Assembly: GCA_041736175.1 (NCBI GenBank)
Contig: JBGSUI010000014.1
Coordinates: 32,001 to 96,000 of the forward strand
Reading direction: 5' to 3'
Length of the DNA stretch: 64,000 nt
Source of the DNA: Oligoflexales bacterium
Lineage (GTDB): Bacteria > Bdellovibrionota_B > Oligoflexia > Oligoflexales > CAIYRB01
The first letter of the stretch is position 1. Each line of letters begins with the position of its first letter. The position numbers and the translations under genes were made by a program. The notes below the pieces were generated by a model. It ran no database searches. It had not been told where the DNA came from and saw only the letters and a program-made list of their open reading frames with translations. Below, in pieces: positions 1-9,413 of the stretch.

Positions 1-29
1 GGCACGATGGGAGAAGCGGTGCGTTTCAT
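1..29 (-). CDS. 5' end of a CDS running off the window (MKRTASPIV...)
   Basis: ATG at 29 on the minus strand preceded by an AAGGA RBS-like motif and an AT-rich upstream region; too short to identify. Confidence 0.35.
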
Positions 30-227
30 CAAGGATTCCTTGTGTAGTGAAAAAAGCATTGAAGGAAAATATCAAATTGAGGCAAACCAGAAGAAAGGAG
101 GTCAACCTCATCTTACTTAAGTAAAAGAGGCTTTTTTAATTATATCAAAATAATTTGTTTATAACCAGCTTTTTATAAGTTTAAACCTTAACCACACTCC
201 AAGTCTTATAAAAACGCCAACCTCCCT

Positions 228-1838
228 TTAGCCCCCCCCTAGCACCAGATAGCGGCCCCCGCTTAAGATTAGGTCCTGATCCACCACGCCCCCCTCTAGA
301 TGGGGGGCTAGCGACTGGCCCATGCCCCCGGTGATGGTCACGAGACAGTGCTTAAGACCACGGTTAGCGGGGTCTTGGCTAAACACCCGCTGGTAGAGTT
401 CGGATACAGCTCCTAACGTCATGGCGATCACCCCCTGGCTCAGGGCGGAGGTTGTGGTCGTTCCTAAACCCACCTCCGCGACCTCACCGGGAGCTAACGG
501 TAATAGACCTGTCTCCTGGTGGAGGGTGCGCAAGCTCAAGTCGATTCCCGGGAGAATCACACCCCCTTGGTGCTCGCCCCTTGCGGTGACAAAATCAACC
601 GTGGTGGCGGTCCCCGCGGAGATAACAATCCCCAAGGGGTTTAAGGCCCTTTGGTCCGGGTTTAGACCCGCTAAAAACCCCTCCATGGCGGCGATGCGGT
701 CAATCCCCAGAGTGCCGAAATCATAAGGATTTTTCGGATTTTGGCGGAGGATGGTCGGGCGTTTTTTGACCATCACTGGGGTTAATCCCAGCGACTCTAT
801 AGTCTTACACAGGAGATCGGCAGCTTTTGGGTTGACCGAAAGGATATGCAGGGGCCACCCCCAAGGCAACCCCAAGCGGTCCTTAAACTGTTCTATAAAA
901 ACATCCTCGTCAGCCCCCCCTAAATTCGCGACCTGCTGGGGCTTGGGGTCTAGGTAGTCGGCAAAAAAGCCGACTTTAAGGCGGCTATTTCCCACATCAG
1001 CGATCAAGAGAGGCGTGTTGATGGACGGATCTGGTCTCTGATCTTTCCGCGTATAAGCCCATCTCATATCGTGGTGGGACGAAGCAAGCTCCAGGGTCTT
1101 GCCAGGTACAGAGTCCGCTTCTGGCCGGTGCAGCCCCAGAGTGCCTAGGGGACCGATGGGATCCTGGAGCCAAAGGTCTCCGGTTTTTTGGCAGACCCAT
1201 GGATGGCCTTTCGCTAAACTCCAAGGGCTGGCCTGCTCCCTGACTTGGCTTAGCGGGAACGTGGACCAGGAGTCGACGATAAAGGCTGCAAGGGATGGAC
1301 CCAACCGTCGGGGATCTTGCTGCTGCCCCGTAAAGACCCAGAGCCGCGCCGCCCCTTTGTGCTCTTGAGGGACAAGGTTTAGGTTTATCCCGATCCCGAC
1401 GAGGAGCGGTCCCCACCGCACGGAGTCCCCTTCTCGAGACACCGAGGACTCCACCAAAACACCCCCTAATTTACTCCCATAAATATAAAGATCGTTGGGC
1501 CACTTGACCGTCACCCGAATCCCAAAAACCTGGTCGATCCAACGGGCTATTAGCACGGCGACTTTAAGTGGGATAAGTCCGACAGATGGGGACTTGTTTA
1601 GGGGATCAACGGACGAGTGCTGTGGTAAGGCTAGTGTTAGATAGAGATTCCCTTCGGGGCTTTCCCACCCGTGACCGCGTCGCCCCCTCCCCCCGGTTTG
1701 GCTACCGGCTTGCACCACGAGAGCTTGGTCAAAGGAGGTGTTATCCAGCTTCCTCTGGCTTAGGATCTCTTGAACTTTTGTGGAGGTGGAGACCAAGGAA
1801 TCAAAGTAAAAGTATTCCATCTGCTCCCAAGTCCTCAT
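228..1838 (-). CDS. birA/coaX: Bifunctional biotin--[acetyl-CoA carboxylase] ligase / type III pantothenate kinase (BirA-CoaX fusion)
   Basis: N-half: QTGGRGRRG, KWPNDL, KLGGVLVE, GIGINL (biotin ligase, no HTH). C-half: DVGNSRLK, LGIDR, AGTATTVD, GGVILPG, ITGG (CoaX). Confidence 0.9.
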   Translation of the reverse strand: MRTWEQMEYFYFDSLVSTSTKVQEILSQRKLDNTSFDQALVVQAGSQTGGRGRRGHGWESPEGNLYLTLALPQHSSVDPLNKSPSVGLIPLKVAVLIARWIDQVFGIRVTVKWPNDLYIYGSKLGGVLVESSVSREGDSVRWGPLLVGIGINLNLVPQEHKGAARLWVFTGQQQDPRRLGPSLAAFIVDSWSTFPLSQVREQASPWSLAKGHPWVCQKTGDLWLQDPIGPLGTLGLHRPEADSVPGKTLELASSHHDMRWAYTRKDQRPDPSINTPLLIADVGNSRLKVGFFADYLDPKPQQVANLGGADEDVFIEQFKDRLGLPWGWPLHILSVNPKAADLLCKTIESLGLTPVMVKKRPTILRQNPKNPYDFGTLGIDRIAAMEGFLAGLNPDQRALNPLGIVISAGTATTVDFVTARGEHQGGVILPGIDLSLRTLHQETGLLPLAPGEVAEVGLGTTTTSALSQGVIAMTLGAVSELYQRVFSQDPANRGLKHCLVTITGGMGQSLAPHLEGGVVDQDLILSGGRYLVLGGG

Positions 1839-1840
1839 CT

Positions 1841-2686
1841 TTAATCTAAGTTAAAGAGCAAACTCAGATCAGACCATCTGGCCGAGTGGATGATCGCCCC
1901 TGTGGATATAAAATCCACGCCAGTCCCCGCAATTTCGCGGACCGTGTCCAGGCGGACGTTTCCCGAAGCCTCTAGGAGCGCTCGGCCTCTTACGGTCCTG
2001 ACGGCGAGGGTCATTTCTGCAAGCCCCATATTGTCCAACATGATAAGGTCGGCCCCTGCGTCGAGGGCTTCCTGAACCTCATCAAGGTTCGTGGTTTCCA
2101 CCTCGATTTTAAGGGTCGGCGGCAAGGACTCTTTAAGGCGCTGGACCGCTCTCGAGATCCCACCTGCGGCCCGGATATGATTTTCTTTAACGATCACTCC
2201 ATCGGTGAGGCAGAGGCGATGATTGCGAGCTCCTCCAGTCATGGTTGCTGACTTTTCAAAAATACGAAGCCCAGGCGTTGTCTTGCGGGTGTCGAGGAGT
2301 TGGGCTTTCGTACCTGCCAACTGGTCCACAAACTGGCGGGTCAAGGTTGCGATCCCACACATCCGTCCGAGGAAGTTAAGGGCGACTCGCTCTGCTTTAA
2401 GGATCGATCGGGCTGTGCCACTGATTTCAAGAAGGACGTCGCCTTTAGCGGCGGCTGAGCCGTTTGGGGACCTGATGGTGATGGCGAGCTGAGGGTCCAC
2501 CTTAGCAAAGACAGCCCGTGCGACTTCGACCCCACAGACGACCGTAGGTTCTTTGGCGATGATTTTGGCTGAGGACTGCACGGTTTCTGGAATACACAGA
2601 TCCGTCGTCCAATCCCCAAATCCCCAGTCTTCTTCAAGGGCGCGGGTAATCGCCGAACTCATTTGCAAATCGTGTAAGACAGCCAT
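1841..2686 (-). CDS. nadC: Nicotinate-nucleotide diphosphorylase (carboxylating)
   Basis: ERVALN, DTRKTTPG, NHR, KENH, IEVE, MLDNM, EASG motifs. Confidence 0.96.
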   Translation of the reverse strand: MAVLHDLQMSSAITRALEEDWGFGDWTTDLCIPETVQSSAKIIAKEPTVVCGVEVARAVFAKVDPQLAITIRSPNGSAAAKGDVLLEISGTARSILKAERVALNFLGRMCGIATLTRQFVDQLAGTKAQLLDTRKTTPGLRIFEKSATMTGGARNHRLCLTDGVIVKENHIRAAGGISRAVQRLKESLPPTLKIEVETTNLDEVQEALDAGADLIMLDNMGLAEMTLAVRTVRGRALLEASGNVRLDTVREIAGTGVDFISTGAIIHSARWSDLSLLFNLD

Positions 2687-2770
2687 GGAGGTCCCCCTAG
2701 ATTGCAGGCTTGTGATGCAGGCTTGACCAGTTGAAAGATGCCCACCTGTGCAGGCTTCCTCTATTGGCGA

Positions 2771-3802
2771 TCAATTGTCAACTAGCTGGCGCGTTTTTTC
2801 GTCAGCCAGACGCCGGAGTTCGGCCTGGATGACCTCCTTTGCAAGAGGACCAAAATGACGCTCACAATACTCCCCGACGGCGAGAGAGACCAGCAGTGGG
2901 AGATCGTTTTTGATCACCTGCATAATCTCGGCGCGAATGTCCGCGTGCAGATTTGCTGCTGCAACCTGCGGGAGTGCAAAACCAGACTCGTCAGCCCCGT
3001 GACTTGTCCCAGGTAGATCTTTAGGCAGTTCTTTGGGCAGATCTTTAGGCTCTTCAAGGGTGAAGGCCATCGGAGGTCGTTGTGGCTTGGGGTGCAGGCT
3101 GTTGGAGGGCACCTGGGCAGGACTCGGGGGGACAGGGAGAGGAACGATTCCTTGGGGTGGATGGGGCAAGCTCTGGGGAATGGTCATTTCCTGAAGTTTA
3201 AATTCCACGGGCGGTGGTTCCCGTTTGAAATCAAAGGGCAAAGGTGCTAGCTCGGGCGGGTGCTGAGGGGGCTCAGGCGGATGATGGAGCGGCTCGGGCG
3301 GATGATGGGGCTGCGCCATAGGCTGAGGGGGTGGCGGAGAGGGCGGACGCACCAGTGGGATATAAGGCAACGGAGGTGGCACCGCAGCAGGGGTAGGAGC
3401 CGATATCGCAGAGGGCACGGAAGTCGGTGTGGGTTGCGCCACGGGGGGTATTAGTTTTTCCACTGCGGCAACAATATCGGTCGACTCAAAAGGTTTGCGT
3501 AAGAAATGACTAAAGCCCGCGTTGCGGTAGGAGTCTTCGTCAATCGTGTCGTAGGTCCCCACAAGGAGGAGGATGGGTAGTTTTTTTTCGCCCATCAACT
3601 TGCTCACCCCCGCCGGCCCCTGGAGGCCTGGTAGACTGGCATCAAGGATGACCATCGAGGGAGCCTGGTCGGTTTTGATTAGGTTTGCAGCCTGCGGGTA
3701 GGAAAAAGCTTCCATGATCTCGTAACTTAGCCGAGCAAATGCGATTTTGATGACTTTTTGAATGGTCGCCGAGTCGTCTGCTACGAGTATTTTAGTCGCC
3801 AT
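2771..3802 (-). CDS. romR: RomR-like response regulator (receiver + Pro-rich linker + C-terminal helix)
   Basis: KILVADDSATIQKVI...LLVGTYD...KPFES receiver, long Pro-rich linker, C-terminal LAKEVIQAELRRL resembling Myxococcus/Bdellovibrio RomR. Confidence 0.7.
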   Translation of the reverse strand: MATKILVADDSATIQKVIKIAFARLSYEIMEAFSYPQAANLIKTDQAPSMVILDASLPGLQGPAGVSKLMGEKKLPILLLVGTYDTIDEDSYRNAGFSHFLRKPFESTDIVAAVEKLIPPVAQPTPTSVPSAISAPTPAAVPPPLPYIPLVRPPSPPPPQPMAQPHHPPEPLHHPPEPPQHPPELAPLPFDFKREPPPVEFKLQEMTIPQSLPHPPQGIVPLPVPPSPAQVPSNSLHPKPQRPPMAFTLEEPKDLPKELPKDLPGTSHGADESGFALPQVAAANLHADIRAEIMQVIKNDLPLLVSLAVGEYCERHFGPLAKEVIQAELRRLADEKTRQLVDN

Positions 3803-3912
3803 GGGCTCCTTTCCAGCGGTTCTAGGGACCTATCCCTAAATAAGATCATAACAAATTTTGATGATCCTATCTGCAAAGGCTCCCTAAAGCTCTTATCCAG
3901 ACACGCCCTAGG

Positions 3913-4221
3913 CTAGCTCCCCGTCGACTGATGCTTCTGCAAACGGGATGTGATCACAGCGAGCACAAGGTTGCGGACATGGCCCTGGGTTTCCCGGAGG
4001 GCCTGAATAATAAGCTGGTAGTCGGCCATGGTAAAATGCCCGGAACCTTTCGAATTGATTTCAAAAAAACATTTGACCCGCAGGTTTTCCAGATACACGA
4101 GCTTACTCTCGTAAAGCCGCTTGAGGGTATCGAGATCCAAACCATGGGCTTCAATAGGTCGAAGCAATTCGCCCATGATTTCTCGGTAGGTCTCATAATC
4201 AGTTGGCCGTTTAGCTGGCAT
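3913..4221 (-). CDS. Hypothetical protein (102 aa)
   Basis: Clean ORF with AAGAGG RBS and upstream sigma28-like promoter. Confidence 0.7.
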   Translation of the reverse strand: MPAKRPTDYETYREIMGELLRPIEAHGLDLDTLKRLYESKLVYLENLRVKCFFEINSKGSGHFTMADYQLIIQALRETQGHVRNLVLAVITSRLQKHQSTGS

Positions 4222-4281
4222 GCCTCTTGTCCCTTTGAGCGGAGTCTGACCCTCGCACTGTATCCGTCACTGTTAAGAAAA

Positions 4282-4308
4282 TTATCGTCTCAGTCCTTCG
4301 GAACTTTA
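4282..4308 (-). promoter_or_regulatory. Putative sigma28 (FliA)-type promoter
   Basis: TAAA-N15-GACGATAA on the minus strand, about 60 bp upstream of the 3913-4221 ORF. Confidence 0.55.
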
Positions 4309-4434
4309 GGGGCGGGTGGTTCTTTTGACCCAAGTCTCCAAAACCAACCATAGAAAATGGTTCGACTCTTTAAAAGCTCTTATGATATGTAAGAACGGTT
4401 ACAAGGTAACTGTTAAGACTAAGGAAAATCATCG

Positions 4435-5151
4435 ATGGGTCTTGCTTCGGGAAGTGTTTCGGTCAGTCGTTATCAAATCCTATTGCCGCCAGGAGCCAAA
4501 GGGCACGCCGGAAAAAAGCTGTGGGGCTCATGGAGCACCCTTAACCAGATGATCGAGCCCCATAAGGCTCCCCCTTTGACCCTCGACAAAAAACTCGGTC
4601 CCGAGGTCGCTGGCTGGGTTTTTCCCAGTGGCCAAACAGGTTCCCACTTCCAGGATGACGACCTCCCTCCAGACCATCACTGGGATTTAGAGATGTGCCA
4701 AATCGATGCCGCGATTCTCCTAAGACTCCGGCTGGAAAGGCGCCAAGTCCCTAACCAGCTTTTGCAATTTCTCTATAAAAACGAAATCTACAAGATCCTC
4801 CAAAAGGAAGGCCAAGTGCCTAACCCTAAAGAAAAACGCCAGCTCAAACAGGACCTTCAAAACCAACTCGCCAAGAGGGCCCTACCGACCATCCAATTCG
4901 TGGACGGACTTTGGTGGGACCGGGGAGGCGAGCTGTGGGTGATCACCACTGGTCAAAGACTCCGCAACCTCTTTATCGAAACCTTCACCAAAACCTTTCT
5001 GGCCCCTGTCAAAGCAGGGATCATCGATCTTTCCACACCCCTCGTAGGGCTCAAGGCGATCGGTGATGACCAGGAGCCCCAATCGGAGATTGCAAGCGAG
5101 GCCCTGCGCCTGTTAACATCAACAGTTCCAGTATCTATGGCCCATAGTTAA
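4435..5151 (+). CDS. RdgC-like recombination-associated protein
   Basis: N-terminal MGLASGSVSVSRY, 'LRLERRQVP' and 'LAKRALP' resemble deltaproteobacterial RdgC-family proteins. Confidence 0.6.
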   Translation: MGLASGSVSVSRYQILLPPGAKGHAGKKLWGSWSTLNQMIEPHKAPPLTLDKKLGPEVAGWVFPSGQTGSHFQDDDLPPDHHWDLEMCQIDAAILLRLRLERRQVPNQLLQFLYKNEIYKILQKEGQVPNPKEKRQLKQDLQNQLAKRALPTIQFVDGLWWDRGGELWVITTGQRLRNLFIETFTKTFLAPVKAGIIDLSTPLVGLKAIGDDQEPQSEIASEALRLLTSTVPVSMAHS

Positions 5152-5194
5152 CACCCGATCGCCGCCTCCCCCAAAATATGATTAGGAGCTGCTG

Positions 5195-5839
5195 ATGAAT
5201 TCCGAAACCCCCCTTGCCGACCCATCGGACCCGAGCCCCAGAGGGGCACCTGATCCAACCAATGATCCCGTATCACCAGCCTCCCTTGGTGCGCGGCTTT
5301 TTCAGTGGCGGGATTTCACACCGGTCCCCCTCGTCCTGATCATGCTGGTTGTATCGGATCCAACCGCTCTTTCGGCGACCTTAGGTTTGGCACTGATGAT
5401 GATGGGGGAGCTCATCCGAATTTACGGCGTGGCTTTTATTGGCTCCGTGTCTAGGACGCGAAATATCGAAACCACCGGCCAAGCCCTCGTCACCACTGGC
5501 CCCTTTGCGATTGTGAGAAACCCCCTGTACCTAGGCAATCTTTTCTTAGCCACAGGGTTTGCAACCTATAGTGGTCACCCCTGGTTTGTGGCCTTAACCC
5601 TGATTGGGTTTTCCTTTCAGTACTACTGCATCGTCAAGTTTGAGGAAAGCCTGCTGATCGAACGTTTTGGCGAGACCTATAAAGCGTATATGGAACAGGT
5701 CCCCGCTTGGATTCCCTCAGCTCTTCCAGACCTGGAAAGCTGGGAATGGCCCAAAGAGATCGCACCTGCCATCCGCTCGGAGCGCAAAACCTTTGGAGCG
5801 ATCATAGCTCTGCTGATCGTGATCCATCTCTTCAACTAA
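5195..5839 (+). CDS. Isoprenylcysteine carboxylmethyltransferase / PEMT family membrane protein
   Basis: LVTTGPFAIVRNPLYLG, EESLLIERFGETYKAY..VP motifs; several TM helices. Confidence 0.88.
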   Translation: MNSETPLADPSDPSPRGAPDPTNDPVSPASLGARLFQWRDFTPVPLVLIMLVVSDPTALSATLGLALMMMGELIRIYGVAFIGSVSRTRNIETTGQALVTTGPFAIVRNPLYLGNLFLATGFATYSGHPWFVALTLIGFSFQYYCIVKFEESLLIERFGETYKAYMEQVPAWIPSALPDLESWEWPKEIAPAIRSERKTFGAIIALLIVIHLFN

Positions 5840-5997
5840 GCAGGGCACGAGTTCAACCACATTGGGCAGGTCATTCCCTTCGAGCATGTTTGTCCTTTTT
5901 GAGGGTCAACATCCCATCTAAATCCCGAAAAGGGATTTTTTTTTGCAGGATAACTCACTGAAATAATGGCGAAGTTTTCTGATGTTTTGCCGAACCC

Positions 5998-6025
5998 TAA
6001 AGATTGTGGCCCCATTCCCCGATAA
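5998..6025 (+). promoter_or_regulatory. Putative sigma28 (FliA)-type promoter
   Basis: TAAA-N16-CCCGATAA upstream of the large TPR gene. Confidence 0.6.
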
Positions 6026-6091
6026 TATACCAACCCTAGTGGGAAAAGGCACGATACCACAAAAAGCTGGTCGTTAGGGACCCGGGAGAAT

Positions 6092-9000
6092 ATGGGAAAA
6101 AACATGATCAGAAAGCCACCTAAATCAGTCCAAATCTTCATAGCGACTCTTTCGGCCAGAGTGAGGAGAGAGTTTTGGTTCTTAATGATTGGAAGCATTC
6201 TCTCCTTGGTGCTTTTTTCGAAATCACTCCTTGCTCAAAACACTAATCGATTCGGAGCAAATCGATTTGTAGGTCTTGTGGCACCAAATCAAGATGACCT
6301 TATGTTTTTTTTAGATAGTTTGTCTGAAGATGGTCCGTTGCAAGATTCTCAGATGACCATCCAAAAGACCCAAGCTTCGATCGAAAAAATCCGCGGTTTG
6401 CTTCGAGAAAAACCGACTTCAATAGCTAAAACCCGCCTCCTGCGACGTTTGGCTGCCCAATATATCGATTTGTCGATCTTACAGACAAAAAAGGTCGCGA
6501 CGACTTCAGAGCGATACACAATGTCCCGAAGCTTTGAAATCAATGGATTTCTGTCGCCCGAATTGAACCGATCCTCTATGCAAGACCGACTTAAATCAGC
6601 AGAGTCGATTCGTCAGGCCGTGGAAATTTTACGCGAACTTTCCGGAAAACTGTCGTCGTCGAAAGTAAAACAAGAAGTTGATTTAGAGCTGGGTTTGGCG
6701 CTCCTACGACTTGAGAGTCCAGATGCTTTTCTCTATTTAGATCAATACGCGAATCAGGCTGGCAAAACTCAAAAGTCCTCAATAGCGCAGTTGGCCCTAG
6801 CAGAGCATCTGGTATCCAAAGGAAAGGTTAATGAAGCAGTTAAACGATTAACGTCTATGACTGCTATTAAGAGTAATCTTTCCAACATGAAGAAAATTGT
6901 GGATTATTCCCGATTTCGCCTCGCGTGGCTGAGGTTTACTAACGATAGACAAAAAGGTGTTCTTAAGGGAGATGATGTGGCCTCAATAAGCCAAGAAGTT
7001 GAAGATACCTTAGTTAAAATTGCATCGAATCCCGAATCGACATCCCCAAATTTGACTTCATTTTCACCTGGATCGCAAAGTCATCAAAACAATCGTGATC
7101 GATTTGATCTCGTTAGAGAATCTCGATTTGACCTCGCCCAAATTTGGGCTTTGCAAGGTAAAGATCAAGTCGCCCAGGCATTTTTCGGTAAACTTAAAGA
7201 TAGTCAATCGTTAGATTTGTTTTGGACGACTTACGGAAGTAACCTTCTAAGACAGGGGAATCACGGCGAGGCTTCATTAGCTATTGCGAAAGCAATCGAT
7301 GGGTCGTCGCCAAACAGGTTGACTTTTATGGCCGAAAATTTACTCATTAGGGCTTTTTACAAGTCCCAGCAGCATACTGCCCTTGTTCGTACTGTCGGGA
7401 ATATTTTTGTAAGTTATGGCCCCAAAAGCCCTTGGATTCAGAGGTTTGGATCTGAAACAGCCATCAAAAAGTTAGTTTTAGAGGGGATCAAGAAAAGGTT
7501 TAGAGATCTCGAAGAGGACTATGTCAATCAAGCACAAAAGTCTGATGACTCTGTCTTAGTCGAGGCTGCTTTGAACCTCCAAAATTTGCATATAGCAACT
7601 ATGCCCAATGATCCCAATTTGTGGCGGGTTAAGCTGGTTTCAGCAGATATTTTGGCAAAATCAGGTAGGATCGAAGAATCAATTACGAGGTATTTAGAAT
7701 CTTTTAAATCAAAAGGGATCGATAGCCCATCTAGATTGCGCGCCGGTCGTAAAATGGTCGATTTGAAAGTCAAATTATTAACGCCTGAATTTAACGTCAT
7801 CCAATTAGAATCCATAAAAAGTCTACCGCAATCGCCAAAAACTTTGAATCTATCGGACTCTATGAAAATCCTCGTGGAGATCGTTGATCGATTTTCGGAG
7901 TCTTATCCGAAAGAATCTGATGTGCCAAAATTAAATTTTTTAACCGCAGCCCAACTGCTCAATGGGGGTTACCTAGATCCCGGACTTCAGAGGCTCGATG
8001 AAATTACTAAAAAGTATCCAAATACCCCAGAGGCTAATCAAGCGCTTAAGTCTTTTTTCGAAATCCATAAATTGAGAAAGAATTTTCAGCGTTTAGTGGT
8101 GTGGTGTACCCAATTCCTCAAAAATCCGGCCTACGCTAAGGATCAAGTATTAAGCGCTTGGGTATTGTCGCAACTTCGTGATGTCCAATGGGCTTATTCA
8201 CAGCAGCTGATTTCTAATAAGCAAGATATCTTAGCAATTAAAACCCTGCAACAATTTCAAGAGATGTTTCCTTCTGACCCTCTTGCAGATCTGGCTCTTA
8301 GCCAAATGCTGGACCTCCATATTAATCGAGGATCCGGTTCAGGCGCGGTTTCGGTCGCAGATAAGCTGATCTCAGTTTATCCTTTGTCTCAGTACAAAAA
8401 GACCGCAATACTGAGACTGGCAGATGTCTATATCCAACAGGCTCAGTTCGAAAATGCAGGGCATACGATGGTGACTTTTGCCAAACTATTTCCAACTGAT
8501 CCTAAAAGTCCAGAGATCATGCTTAAGGGGATTAATCAATATGAATTTGCTGAAAATATAGATATGGTCAGACTCACATCCCAAGAATTTTCGGTGCTTT
8601 TTCCCACAAATTCGAATGCCTTGACCGTGGAATTAAAAGCAGCTGATATTTTAGAAAAAAATAAAGATTTTGCAAATGCGATCCGGATGTTTTTGTCTAT
8701 AGCTGATCGCTATGCGCGCACTCGTCCAGAGGAAGCAGCGCAGGCAAGAGCTAAAGCAGCAGTTTTAACGCTCAACCATCTCCATGGACCCACTGGGCGT
8801 CAATCTCTCAATTCTCTCGAGTTAATGTATTTTCCTTTAGGGGGGTACCAAAAAGCGAAGGAAGTTATCGCAGCACAAAAGCTTCGGGATCTTAAGCTTA
8901 AGTCTCGCGAACTCCTCGGGATGGCTTCAATAAATCCACAAAATTACGCAAGTTTTGAGGCTTCTCATGTTGAACTTATGCGCCAAGTTTCGGGCTTCCA

Positions 9001-9367
9001 AAAGTCTATCACGACGTTGATTCCGATCAGCGACACCCAAACAAAGGTGGCAGCCTATTTGGAGTTAGGATCGATCTTCGATCGTATCTATAGAATTTAT
9101 TTAGCGGGAGCTGCGATCTCTGGATTTTCAGCACAAGAAAAGGAAAAGTATTTTAAGCACAGGGAAGACGTTTTAAGCTTATCGAGACAACAATGCTTAG
9201 CGTCTTGGCAGGAGGGGATGAGGTTGGCTAAAGCTGATTCCTCGCTTTTTGAATTGCATCGGCAATTAAGCTCGAAACTCTCCAAAATCGCATCGGGTCC
9301 CTACTCGGATTTCAATGAAGAGATTCTAGACGCGAAATTCGTTTCACATAAGGTGGAGAGAGATTGA
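6092..9367 (+). CDS. Large exported TPR-repeat protein (gliding-motility Glt/AgmU-like); start may be downstream
   Basis: N-terminal hydrophobic segment; many TPR-like repeats ending in YP/FP..S/DP; RFRLAW motif. Confidence 0.7.
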   Translation: MGKNMIRKPPKSVQIFIATLSARVRREFWFLMIGSILSLVLFSKSLLAQNTNRFGANRFVGLVAPNQDDLMFFLDSLSEDGPLQDSQMTIQKTQASIEKIRGLLREKPTSIAKTRLLRRLAAQYIDLSILQTKKVATTSERYTMSRSFEINGFLSPELNRSSMQDRLKSAESIRQAVEILRELSGKLSSSKVKQEVDLELGLALLRLESPDAFLYLDQYANQAGKTQKSSIAQLALAEHLVSKGKVNEAVKRLTSMTAIKSNLSNMKKIVDYSRFRLAWLRFTNDRQKGVLKGDDVASISQEVEDTLVKIASNPESTSPNLTSFSPGSQSHQNNRDRFDLVRESRFDLAQIWALQGKDQVAQAFFGKLKDSQSLDLFWTTYGSNLLRQGNHGEASLAIAKAIDGSSPNRLTFMAENLLIRAFYKSQQHTALVRTVGNIFVSYGPKSPWIQRFGSETAIKKLVLEGIKKRFRDLEEDYVNQAQKSDDSVLVEAALNLQNLHIATMPNDPNLWRVKLVSADILAKSGRIEESITRYLESFKSKGIDSPSRLRAGRKMVDLKVKLLTPEFNVIQLESIKSLPQSPKTLNLSDSMKILVEIVDRFSESYPKESDVPKLNFLTAAQLLNGGYLDPGLQRLDEITKKYPNTPEANQALKSFFEIHKLRKNFQRLVVWCTQFLKNPAYAKDQVLSAWVLSQLRDVQWAYSQQLISNKQDILAIKTLQQFQEMFPSDPLADLALSQMLDLHINRGSGSGAVSVADKLISVYPLSQYKKTAILRLADVYIQQAQFENAGHTMVTFAKLFPTDPKSPEIMLKGINQYEFAENIDMVRLTSQEFSVLFPTNSNALTVELKAADILEKNKDFANAIRMFLSIADRYARTRPEEAAQARAKAAVLTLNHLHGPTGRQSLNSLELMYFPLGGYQKAKEVIAAQKLRDLKLKSRELLGMASINPQNYASFEASHVELMRQVSGFQKSITTLIPISDTQTKVAAYLELGSIFDRIYRIYLAGAAISGFSAQEKEKYFKHREDVLSLSRQQCLASWQEGMRLAKADSSLFELHRQLSSKLSKIASGPYSDFNEEILDAKFVSHKVERD

Positions 9368-9413
9368 GTTTAATTCAAGCCTGAATTCACATGGTCATTC
9401 AAGGGGGGCATTT

